A stretch of DNA of 64,000 nt from Candidatus Delongbacteria bacterium (GCA_016937995.1 JAFGVM010000031.1:19-64018), one strand, 5' to 3'. Positions 18,854 through 27,106 are shown, counted from the stretch's first letter. The notes: generated by a model from the sequence alone, not told the origin. Made by a program: numbers and translations.

Positions 18854-20399
18854 ACTCATAAAAAATGCAGTCGGTAGAATGGTCCCTGATAAGATCAACG
18901 GGCAAAAAGTAACTCCTTACAAGGGAGTTGGTAAGTACAGACCGACAGGCAGGAAATTCGCACCGAAAATTGCAAGTTGTGCTGATTATCCTCTTGATGG
19001 AAATAAACTGGTACCTACTTTGAAAAAAGCCCTTATCAAAGCAGGTTTGAAAGATGGTATGACAATTTCAACTCACCATCACTTCAGGAACGGAGATCTT
19101 GTTGCGAATATGATATTTAAAATTGCTCATGAAATGGGAATTAAGGACCTTGTATGGTTTCCGTCAGCATCATTTCCATGTCAGGAAGGCATGATAGAAT
19201 ATATGAAAGCAGGGACGATTCATCATATTGAAGGTAGTATGAACGGACCTCTCGGTAAATTTGCTTCGCAGGGAAAAATGAAAGGTGTTGGTGTCTTGCG
19301 TTCTCATGGTGGAAGATATCAGGCTGTTCAGGATGGAGAAGTACAAATAGATATCGCTGTCATAGCTGCACCTACTGCTGATCCATTCGGAAATGCAAAT
19401 GGTGTGAACGGAAGTTCAGCATGTGGGCTGTTGGGATTTGCTCTGGCTGATTCGCAGTATGCTGATAAAGTCATCGTTGTAACAGATAATCTCGTTCCGT
19501 TCCCGTGTATCCCATGGCAGATCCATGGAAATTACATAGATTATGTTGTAAAAATAGATCAGGTCGGTATTCCGGAAAAGATCGTATCGGGAACTACTCA
19601 AATTACAAAAAGTCCAGACAGACTTCATATTGCTGAATTAACTGCGCAATTCTGTGAAGAGGCGGAACTTATCAAAGACGGTTTTTCTTTTCAGGCTGGA
19701 GCAGGTGGTACAGCTCTTTCGATAGGTATATATTTCGGTGAGATAATGCGTAGAAAAGGCATTAAAGCTGCTTTTGCCCGTGGTGGAAGTAATAAATATC
19801 TTGTGGATATGCTTGAGGAAGGTTTAGTTGGTTATATTTTAGATGGTCAAACCTTCGATCTGGACGGTGTACGTTCTATGAGAGATAATCCACGTCATGT
19901 AAACACAAGTCCGTTTACAAGCTATAACTATCATGGTAAAGGGAATTTTGCAGGTATTCTGGATATTGTGATCCTTGGTGCAACTGAAGTAGATGTTAAT
20001 TTCAATGCAAATGTTGTAACGCATTCAGACGGTTACCTTCTGCACGGAATTGGTGGTTGGCAGAACTGCCTGTTCGGAAAGAATGTGATCCTGCCAATAC
20101 CTCTTTTCAGGGACAGGATACCTGTGATCAGAGATGAAGTAACGACTATATGCGGTCCTGGTGAACTTATCGACATAATTGTCACAGAACGTGGTATTGC
20201 GATAAATCCATTAAGAAAAGATCTTATAAAGAAAATGAAAAATTCTAAACTTCCTATTAAGACCATTCAGGAATTGAAAGAAGAGGCTGAAAGGATCTGT
20301 GGTAAGCCTAAAGCAATTGAATTTGAAGAGAAGATCATAGCTGCTATCAAGTGGGTCGATGGTACAGTGATAGATGTTGTAAAGAAGGTAAAGGAATAA
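18843..20399 (+). CDS. citF: Citrate lyase alpha subunit (citrate CoA-transferase)
   Basis: LKDGMTISTHHHFRNGD, RSHGGR, FQAGAGG, VTERGIAINP. Confidence 0.95.
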   Translation: MATKLIKNAVGRMVPDKINGQKVTPYKGVGKYRPTGRKFAPKIASCADYPLDGNKLVPTLKKALIKAGLKDGMTISTHHHFRNGDLVANMIFKIAHEMGIKDLVWFPSASFPCQEGMIEYMKAGTIHHIEGSMNGPLGKFASQGKMKGVGVLRSHGGRYQAVQDGEVQIDIAVIAAPTADPFGNANGVNGSSACGLLGFALADSQYADKVIVVTDNLVPFPCIPWQIHGNYIDYVVKIDQVGIPEKIVSGTTQITKSPDRLHIAELTAQFCEEAELIKDGFSFQAGAGGTALSIGIYFGEIMRRKGIKAAFARGGSNKYLVDMLEEGLVGYILDGQTFDLDGVRSMRDNPRHVNTSPFTSYNYHGKGNFAGILDIVILGATEVDVNFNANVVTHSDGYLLHGIGGWQNCLFGKNVILPIPLFRDRIPVIRDEVTTICGPGELIDIIVTERGIAINPLRKDLIKKMKNSKLPIKTIQELKEEAERICGKPKAIEFEEKIIAAIKWVDGTVIDVVKKVKE

Positions 20400-20411
20400 T
20401 GCTATAATCTT

Positions 20412-20500
20412 TGAACTTCTTCGTCAGAATACATTTTTCTTCGAAGTCACTTAGGTCATCTAAGCTTCTTCTCGAAAAATATCGTTCTTCCTTGAACTTC
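20412..20500. repeat. Dispersed palindromic element (MITE-like)
   Basis: Core GTCACTTAGGTCATCTAAGCT at 20446-20466 is identical at 47316-47336. Flanks form an imperfect stem ending TTGAACT. Confidence 0.65.
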
Positions 20501-20542
20501 TTTGATTATAAACATTATTTAAATAAAGAGATTGTAATTTCT

Positions 20543-20998
20543 ATGAAAGAACAAAAATATAAAGATCTGATCAGGGATATTAATTCTCTAATCTCAGGTG
20601 AGGATGATGTTATTACCATAATGTCAACTATTTCATGTGAGATATTTCATTCTGCTGATCATATAAACTGGGCAGGATTTTACAGAGTGGTAGGTAACAG
20701 GACTTTGAAAGTCGGTCCATATCAGGGAGGTCATGGTTGCTTAGTGATAAGTTATGATAAGGGAGTGTGTGGTAAATGTGCTGCAGATAGAACTCCGCAG
20801 ATCGTTCATGATGTGACTAAGCTTGAATATCATATTGCATGTTCATCTGAGACGCGTTCTGAGATAGTACTTCCGGTCTTTAACTCAAAAGGTGAACTGA
20901 TAGCGGTTCTAGATATTGATTCGCTTGAAGTCGGTTCGTTCGATGAGGTGGATCTCAAATATCTTTCTGAGGTAGTTAAAGTATTCAAGAGCGTTTAA
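20543..20998 (+). CDS. msrC: GAF-domain protein, free methionine-R-sulfoxide reductase-like
   Basis: NWAGFY, VGPYQGGHGC, GKGVCG-like DKGVCG, HIACSSETRSEIVLP, VLDIDS. Start placed at ATG 20543. Confidence 0.85.
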   Translation: MKEQKYKDLIRDINSLISGEDDVITIMSTISCEIFHSADHINWAGFYRVVGNRTLKVGPYQGGHGCLVISYDKGVCGKCAADRTPQIVHDVTKLEYHIACSSETRSEIVLPVFNSKGELIAVLDIDSLEVGSFDEVDLKYLSEVVKVFKSV

Positions 20999-21016
20999 AC
21001 AACGCTCTTTTTTTTT
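20987..21016 (+). terminator. Intrinsic terminator after the GAF gene
   Basis: AAGAGCGTT-TAAAC-AACGCTCTT followed by a T run. Confidence 0.8.
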
Positions 21017-21093
21017 GTATTGTATTTCGACGAGCAAAAGTAAATAAAAAAATAATGACAGAATCTCAAATTTATGATTAACCTCAATCCAAT

Positions 21094-21121
21094 AAAAAAA
21101 GGTTTGCTTTGCAAACCTTTT
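21094..21121 (-). terminator. Intrinsic terminator after the pseudo-precursor gene
   Basis: AAAAAAAGGTTTGC-TTT-GCAAACCTTTT. Confidence 0.75.
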
Positions 21122-21129
21122 ATATTCAA

Positions 21130-21329
21130 CTAACACGAGCATGTATTATCATCTTCTGTGTAGTCACAATTCAATTGAGTTTCAGTACAAGTACATGTTC
21201 CTTGTATTTGAGTTAAACATCTACCATCTCTACCTAATGTAGGTTCTATGTCCACTCCTCCTTTTATGCTTAGGAAGTTGGATTTACTCAAGGAAATAAT
21301 TGTTTCTTGTTTAATGTTAGTTATTTCAT
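21130..21329 (-). pseudogene. Pseudogenised class I lanthipeptide precursor (second copy)
   Basis: AGGAG RBS, then ATG AAA TAA. Restoring codon 3 and one missing base gives MK(K)LTLN(K)ETIISLSKSNFLSIKGG-VDIEPTLGRDGRCLTQIQGTCTCTETQLNCDYTEDDNTCSC* (66 aa), with the same leader type as 24973-25170. Confidence 0.85.
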
Positions 21330-21578
21330 TTTCTCCTTTGATTTAATTATAATTGCACTAAATATGAGAATTAGTTGGAATAATTATGTATTTTAGTGGT
21401 ATCACAAAAAAAAATTACAGAATAACTCATAAAAGCACAAGTGAATATACCAATATATTGTGTCAAACAAATTTTGTTAATTTGTTTTTTGTCAAAATAT
21501 GTTCCTTGATTAAGTTGCAAATACAAGACGAATACATTATATTTCAAAACTTACCTTATGTGATTTTTGGAGGTATTA

Positions 21579-24500
21579 ATGTTTTCGATTAAGCTTATAA
21601 TAGGATTAGCTACTATTAGTGCTACATGTTTATTGTATACAGCAAATCCGAAAATTTACTTAAGCAATCAAGATATATCTCCATATTCCGATCAATCCTC
21701 AAAAGTAAATTGGCAACCTTATGTTGAAAACAGAGTTCATAGAACAGGTGATCTTTGGTTAAACATAACAAATAAGGGTTCAATAGGGACTGATGCTTAT
21801 TACTGGCCAGAGTCGTATATTGATCCATGTACAAACAAATCTGCAATTATATGTGAAATGCCAGGAGGATCTGGGTTTGAGTATTTGTTAAATGGTTCAT
21901 TATGGTTTGGTGGGTACCTTGACTCGGTGTCTGTGATCCTAGATGGGGTTATTTCGACAGTTTTTCAAGGCCCCCTTGTAACTACTTCTTTTTCATATTA
22001 CTCAAGAGAGATATGGCCTATTGAATTTGATGATGAACCTTCAGGATTATCATTAGGAAGAATATATGAGTCATCTAATATTGAAGGTAAAATTAGTTGT
22101 TTGTTTGGAGATGTATACAATCCTAGCGCAACTGCGGAAGAGCAATTTACGACTATGTTTACGGATAAATATGTAAATATATCATACACAAATTGGGATC
22201 GATACGATAAAAGACAACATATTCCATTAGGTATTGAAGTAAAGCAGAAAAGTTATGCCTGGCCTTACGATTATGCAAAAAAATTCATAATAATTGATTA
22301 CACGATCTACAACAGGAATAAAGATCAAAAAGACATATATGATTTTTTTACAAGTATTTACATTGATTGTGACAATGGAAGTGCAAGTGATTCCACCCAA
22401 AATCTTGCTGATGATGTCTGTGGATTTATAGAGAAATGGGATAATTACTTTGATCCTGCTACAGGTGAACAGAAGAGTGTTGATTTAAATCTTGCATGGG
22501 CAGCAGATAACGATGGGAGACAATACTCAGGTTATAACATACTTCATGCCGAGAATGAACCTCATGCTGGTTCTCCACTTGATGGTGCAACTGGAGTATT
22601 CTCAATAAGAGTTCTTCGAAATCCAAATCCTAATTTACGTCATTCTTTCAACATTTATATACACGGGCATGGAGATGAAAGTTTGGATTGGGGCCCTAGA
22701 TGGAAAACCGGATTACACTCAGGCTGGCAATATGATCTTTCACTTAAACAAAAAGGATATGATGATAATAACTACGATAATATATTGAATTATTTATCAG
22801 ATGAACCCATGTATGGTGGAAGAACTGAAGGTTTCCCGGCTGGAGATAAAGGAAGATATATGGTGATGTCAAATGATGAATTTGATTATAATTTGACCAG
22901 CATAAGAGAAATTTATCTTGGTATGAATACTCAGGCTGACGGAACACCTATACCTCAGGCAGAAAAATGGCAAAAATGGACTACAGCAGATGATATTGGT
23001 AATGAAGGATTTTCTCCTGATTATGTGGATGGTTCGATAAGTGCGATGAATGATATTGCAAATGGAACAGCCTCAAGATTTTTAATATCTTTTGGACCTT
23101 TAGGAGACGAATGTTATGTTAATGTGGGTATAGATTCAGACTTAGATTCAATGGGAACCATAGATGATTATATAAATAAAAAAGTATGGAAATTTGCTTA
23201 TGGTGATTCACTTAAACTTACAGTTGCGATTATGGTAAGTGAGAATTTTCATACATCTTTGGATCAGGATCCTAATTACGCAGATACAACAGTTGTTGAT
23301 TTATCGGACGGTCTTGATGTTTCACTTTATGATCAGGGATGGTATGATGCATTTTATAATTTAACCTGGGTTGAAAGAGTATATGATATTCCACTGTATG
23401 ACACTCCTGTAACCCGTTATGGAGAAACTAAAACAGACGGCTGGTACGGCGAAGATGTAGGTGCTGATGCAATGTTCGCTGACATAATTTATGATCCTGA
23501 TCCTTACTGCTGGTGGTTATGTACTGATTATGCAGGAGAAGACACGGGAGAAAATGATTTTGAAATTACTAATTTTATAACTTCAATAACTGATCCTTAC
23601 GGTCACACAGCTTTAAATGAAGATGAGTTGTTACCATTCGGCAGGGAACAGGTCGATGCTGAAAGAAAGTATGGTATTACTGGTTCATCAGACACAGGTG
23701 AAGGGTACGGTTATATGGTAAAGTATGATAAAATTGATGGAGTATATCCACAGGGTACATGGGTAAGACTCGGCTTCGACAATGGGAAGCTTGATGCAGG
23801 GGACGGAGTACCTGACTTTGCAGGTCCGCCACCACCACCTTCGCCCAAGATAAATGTGGATTATCATAACAACGATGTAATAATAAACTGGTGTTCACAT
23901 GAATTCTATGATAAGGATGACGGAACGAAAGGTATTTCAGGTTCAGAGTTTTTTGTAGATCCTTTCTCAAGAGAAAGAGATTTTGAGGGTTATCAAGTAC
24001 AGATATCTATGAAAGACTATCCGAGAGAATACGTAGAAATATTCAGTGTTGACAGGATGAATTACGGTTATGAAAATGTTGTAAAAGTAGGTGAATATCT
24101 GGATAATCCGGTTCCTGAAGACAGTGTATTGACAAATCCTGATCTATTCCCACCATTAATGTCATATGTTAACAAAATATACCAACTCACTCCTTTTGGT
24201 GATAACAGGTCTATGTATGAAAATTACTCAAATGAATTTTATACCTATACAGCAATACCCGACTCAAGTCAGATAGAACTATACGGGGTTATCTGGAATT
24301 ACACTTTTACTCTTCACAACAAACAGTATGCAAAAGAAAATTACATCGCGGTAACTGCTACAGATTATGGAGCACCAAAGAGTGGAGTCCCACCATTACA
24401 ATCCAGCCCAAGTGTAAATGGACGATCGATCATTCCAGCCAAGATAGAAGGAAGTAAAGAAGTTATTGTTGTGCCTAATCCATACAGAGATGATGTTGAC

Positions 24501-24809
24501 TATGAATCTATAGGATGGGAAAACGGTGATGGTGGTATGTGGTACGAACAGGATAGAAAGATAGTATTTATGAATCTACCGAGAAGGTGTGTTCTAAAGA
24601 TATATACATTAGCTGGAGATCTTTGTAAGACAATTGCCCACAATGGAAATGCAGAAGGTGGAACCCCATATCATTATGGGGAATACGGAGCTTACTGGAA
24701 TCTTATAAATGAGAACAATCAGGCTGTTGTCTCAGGTATTTACCTTTTCAGTGTGCAGGATGTGGATAGCGATTATGAATTTGTCGGAAAATTTGTAATT
24801 ATAAAATAG
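21579..24809 (+). CDS. Large secreted acidic protein with a C-terminal T9SS/FlgD-Ig-like domain
   Basis: GGAGG RBS before ATG 21579, signal-peptide-like N-terminus, Asp/Gly/Tyr-rich body, PPPPP linker and C-terminal VVPNPY...IYTLAGD...WNLINENNQAVVSGIYLFSV...GKFVIIK. Confidence 0.8.
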   Translation: MFSIKLIIGLATISATCLLYTANPKIYLSNQDISPYSDQSSKVNWQPYVENRVHRTGDLWLNITNKGSIGTDAYYWPESYIDPCTNKSAIICEMPGGSGFEYLLNGSLWFGGYLDSVSVILDGVISTVFQGPLVTTSFSYYSREIWPIEFDDEPSGLSLGRIYESSNIEGKISCLFGDVYNPSATAEEQFTTMFTDKYVNISYTNWDRYDKRQHIPLGIEVKQKSYAWPYDYAKKFIIIDYTIYNRNKDQKDIYDFFTSIYIDCDNGSASDSTQNLADDVCGFIEKWDNYFDPATGEQKSVDLNLAWAADNDGRQYSGYNILHAENEPHAGSPLDGATGVFSIRVLRNPNPNLRHSFNIYIHGHGDESLDWGPRWKTGLHSGWQYDLSLKQKGYDDNNYDNILNYLSDEPMYGGRTEGFPAGDKGRYMVMSNDEFDYNLTSIREIYLGMNTQADGTPIPQAEKWQKWTTADDIGNEGFSPDYVDGSISAMNDIANGTASRFLISFGPLGDECYVNVGIDSDLDSMGTIDDYINKKVWKFAYGDSLKLTVAIMVSENFHTSLDQDPNYADTTVVDLSDGLDVSLYDQGWYDAFYNLTWVERVYDIPLYDTPVTRYGETKTDGWYGEDVGADAMFADIIYDPDPYCWWLCTDYAGEDTGENDFEITNFITSITDPYGHTALNEDELLPFGREQVDAERKYGITGSSDTGEGYGYMVKYDKIDGVYPQGTWVRLGFDNGKLDAGDGVPDFAGPPPPPSPKINVDYHNNDVIINWCSHEFYDKDDGTKGISGSEFFVDPFSRERDFEGYQVQISMKDYPREYVEIFSVDRMNYGYENVVKVGEYLDNPVPEDSVLTNPDLFPPLMSYVNKIYQLTPFGDNRSMYENYSNEFYTYTAIPDSSQIELYGVIWNYTFTLHNKQYAKENYIAVTATDYGAPKSGVPPLQSSPSVNGRSIIPAKIEGSKEVIVVPNPYRDDVDYESIGWENGDGGMWYEQDRKIVFMNLPRRCVLKIYTLAGDLCKTIAHNGNAEGGTPYHYGEYGAYWNLINENNQAVVSGIYLFSVQDVDSDYEFVGKFVIIK

Positions 24810-24816
24810 TTGATCA

Positions 24817-24920
24817 TTATTTTCGTTTTTTGTTTATATTCAGATTGATTTAATCTTGTGTTTTTTCTAAACCATTTGCAAAATGAGATTTATACTAAAA
24901 ACAAATTCCTGTAAAATAGG
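24817..24920 (-). pseudogene. Remnant of an AraC-type HTH C-terminus
   Basis: 24863-24896 matches 25443-25477 apart from a 1-nt deletion and one substitution. Fragments translate LQEFVF / YKSHFA / KWFRKNTRLNQSEYK versus MHEFGF / YESHFA / KWFRKHTGLNPSEFK. Confidence 0.75.
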
Positions 24921-24952
24921 AAAAAAGGAACAAGGGGGTTCCTGGTTCCTTT
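24921..24952 (-). terminator. Intrinsic terminator after the intact precursor gene
   Basis: AAAAAAGGAAC...GTTCCTTT stem giving a U run on the minus strand. Confidence 0.65.
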
Positions 24953-24972
24953 ATAGAAGTCCAATAAAAAGA

Positions 24973-25170
24973 TTAACAAAGGGTTGGTTCTTCACAAGTT
25001 AGACCAGTACAGGTTGCATAACCATTACATGTGTAGTTGTTCCCGCAAGTATTTACAGGTCTACATGTGTACAAAGTAGGTTGTTCACTGTCATTCCCAC
25101 CTCTCAAATTTTTCATCATATCGCTGTTTAAATTTGCGATAGTTTCTTTGTTCAATTTTAGCTTTTTCAT
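24973..25170 (-). CDS. Class I lanthipeptide precursor (Bacteroidota-type LxLxKxxI leader, GG motif)
   Basis: MKKLKLNKETIANLNSDMMKNLRGG leader and a Thr/Cys-rich core with 6 Cys. AAGGAG RBS. Confidence 0.88.
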   Translation of the reverse strand: MKKLKLNKETIANLNSDMMKNLRGGNDSEQPTLYTCRPVNTCGNNYTCNGYATCTGLTCEEPTLC

Positions 25171-25202
25171 TTTTTCTCCTTTATTTTTTTATTTCCCTAC
25201 AA

Positions 25203-25292
25203 GGCCATTAGGTTTAAGTGATCTCACAATGATTTACACCTTGGTTGCAGGAATAAATACCTGCAACCTAAACTATGGTCGATGAGACCAGT
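25203..25292 (-). promoter_or_regulatory. Structured 5' leader upstream of the precursor gene
   Basis: Stem GGTTGCAGG/CCTGCAACC (25243-25268), stem TGGTC/GACCA (25276-25290) and an alternative pairing of 25205-25216 with 25269-25278. Confidence 0.4.
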
Positions 25293-25391
25293 AATTAAAT
25301 GTTAATATATATCCTATTTAGAAGCGGTGCAAGTATTACCACGGATACATTTTGACAATGAAGATGTATTGATATAGAATAAAAAGAAAAA

Positions 25392-26129
25392 TTATTTGTT
25401 ATCGTAACGTTCTTTAAATTCTGAAGGATTTAATCCAGTATGTTTTCTAAACCATTTTGCAAAATGAGATTCATACTTAAACCCGAATTCATGCATAATA
25501 GAAAGGCATTTATTATCGATCAATTTCCTTCTTAGAGCATCGAGTATTAAATTCTCTCTATAAGTAAGTAGAGGAATGTCAGTACATTTTTTAAATCTCT
25601 TTCTCAAGGATGAATATGTGATATTAAAATGTTCCTCTAATAATATGACGATATTTAACTGTTCATTCCCATCCTGCACAGTCGAGATCATTTTTGCAGA
25701 TTCAGTATAAGGGTCATAGATACAATATTTATTAAGCAACTCAGTATATTTCTTGAGATAATCAATTATTTTGGGATTAGTATTAGCTCTGCAAGTAAAA
25801 TATAAAGCGATACCGCTTGCACCATGTAAGAAATCAAAACTGTTGTTATTAATATAACTCATCATTGATTGGTTTAAATAATCATCAAGTTCATCTAATA
25901 CTTCAAGATTTTCAACACCAATAAAGGAGTGTTTTACTAGATAGTTTACTGTCCAGGCTATACCTGCTATTTCATTGCAATAAGTTGGAATAGTAGATCC
26001 TGCATTAATTTTCTCAAAAGATTTTTCTAAAAAAAACTGAGCGGTATCTTTGTGCTCTTGATTTTTTGAATAATCATACAAGTGAAACAAAAATAATGAT
26101 ATTCCCGCAGTACCTGAAAATAATCCCAT
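25392..26129 (-). CDS. Chimera: N-terminal half of a LanC-like cyclase fused to an AraC-type HTH
   Basis: GLFSGTAGI, YCNEIAGI and DFLHGASGI LanC repeats (aa 1-~157), then HFNITYSSLRKRFKK...FGFKYESHFAKWFRKHTGLNPSEFK (AraC). The LanC Zn ligands (WCxG, CHG) are absent. Confidence 0.8.
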   Translation of the reverse strand: MGLFSGTAGISLFLFHLYDYSKNQEHKDTAQFFLEKSFEKINAGSTIPTYCNEIAGIAWTVNYLVKHSFIGVENLEVLDELDDYLNQSMMSYINNNSFDFLHGASGIALYFTCRANTNPKIIDYLKKYTELLNKYCIYDPYTESAKMISTVQDGNEQLNIVILLEEHFNITYSSLRKRFKKCTDIPLLTYRENLILDALRRKLIDNKCLSIMHEFGFKYESHFAKWFRKHTGLNPSEFKERYDNK

Positions 26130-26195
26130 ATCTGATTCAGTTGCGATTATTTCCTTATTTTATTTTTCACTAGTAATCTAGCCTATTTCATTCCC

Positions 26196-26663
26196 TCAGC
26201 GAATAAAACTCATCGTTCGCCAGTTAAGATTATCATTAGATATATTCTTTATCTCATCAATAGAATTAAGAATTTCTGTCAGTCTGTCAATGTTCAACGG
26301 TTTTATAAAATATTCTGCGACACCCAGTTCCAAGGCTTTTTTAACATCACATTCATTTTTTGATGTAGTTAGGATCACAACCGGTAAATTCCTTAAATTT
26401 TTATCATTACGGATCTCTTTTAAAACCTCAAAACCATCTAATTCCGGTAAATTCAGGTCTAATATGGTTAAGTTGGGTAACAATCTGGCTGAAGATTGTG
26501 GATCGAAAAAATAATCCAAAGCTTTCTTTCCGTTATCAACATGTTCTACATGAGAAATTTTATCAATTTTTTTTAATGCCATTTTCGCAATTATTGCATG
26601 ATCAGGATTATCTTCAACCAGCAATACTCTAAAATCATTACCTTTTCTCATCACAGACCTCAT
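26196..26663 (-). CDS. Stand-alone response regulator receiver protein
   Basis: VLLVEDN, ILDLNLP, DGFEVL, VVILTTS, YFIKP. Confidence 0.93.
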   Translation of the reverse strand: MRSVMRKGNDFRVLLVEDNPDHAIIAKMALKKIDKISHVEHVDNGKKALDYFFDPQSSARLLPNLTILDLNLPELDGFEVLKEIRNDKNLRNLPVVILTTSKNECDVKKALELGVAEYFIKPLNIDRLTEILNSIDEIKNISNDNLNWRTMSFIR

Positions 26664-26714
26664 TGGTATGAATATCGGTCATATTAACATATCAAAACCT
26701 TTGTTTCTAATAGT

Positions 26715-26900
26715 TTAATTCTTAAAATACTCTTTGATCTTCTCAACTGAAGTACCGACTTTCTTAAAAGCTATGAATAGATCATAAGGGGTAACTTCAA
26801 GGTCAAGGCACCATTTTTTTACTTCATACAGATTGTAAATGTCAATATTTACATTATTTGCATGATTAGTAGGATATGTTTCTACATTATGCTGATGCAT
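26715..26900 (-). CDS. DUF3606-like small protein
   Basis: YEVKKWC..LEVTP..L..AFKKVGTSVEKIKEYF pattern. GGAG RBS. Confidence 0.75.
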   Translation of the reverse strand: MHQHNVETYPTNHANNVNIDIYNLYEVKKWCLDLEVTPYDLFIAFKKVGTSVEKIKEYFKN

Positions 26901-26938
26901 AACATTCTCCGTGTTTAATTTATTTTGTATAAATCACT

Positions 26939-27106
26939 TTATCTAATCGGTGGTGGTGGCATAGGTGATGGGTCTTCAGGGTCAGAACCAACATATATCC
27001 ATTGTGTACCATCCCAATCCCAATCAGGATATGGATCAGAGCTTCCATGTAATGGTGCGGTAAGAACAGTAACCAGGATCAAAAATACTAATACTAATTT
27101 TTTCAT
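26939..27106 (-). CDS. Unannotated 55-aa secreted peptide (signal peptide plus acidic Trp/Pro-rich mature part)
   Basis: GAGGT RBS. MKKLVLVFLILVTVLTAPLHG-SSDPYPDWDWDGTQWIYVGSDPEDPSPMPPPPIR*. Below the ORF-track length cutoff. Confidence 0.85.
   Translation of the reverse strand: MKKLVLVFLILVTVLTAPLHGSSDPYPDWDWDGTQWIYVGSDPEDPSPMPPPPIR

Noticed and set aside
20411-20542. N-terminal extension of the GAF ORF (and similarly 47070-47171 of the pseudouridine synthase)
   Set aside because: These extensions run through intergenic repeats or terminators. Family similarity starts at the downstream ATGs.
21321-21323. Stop-codon readthrough or recoding in the second precursor
   Set aside because: A frameshift also follows, and TAA terminates most genes in this window, so pseudogenisation is simpler.
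26985-27030. Darobactin-like WxW RiPP core in the small peptide
   Set aside because: No radical SAM maturase is nearby, and the peptide has a Sec signal rather than a RiPP leader.
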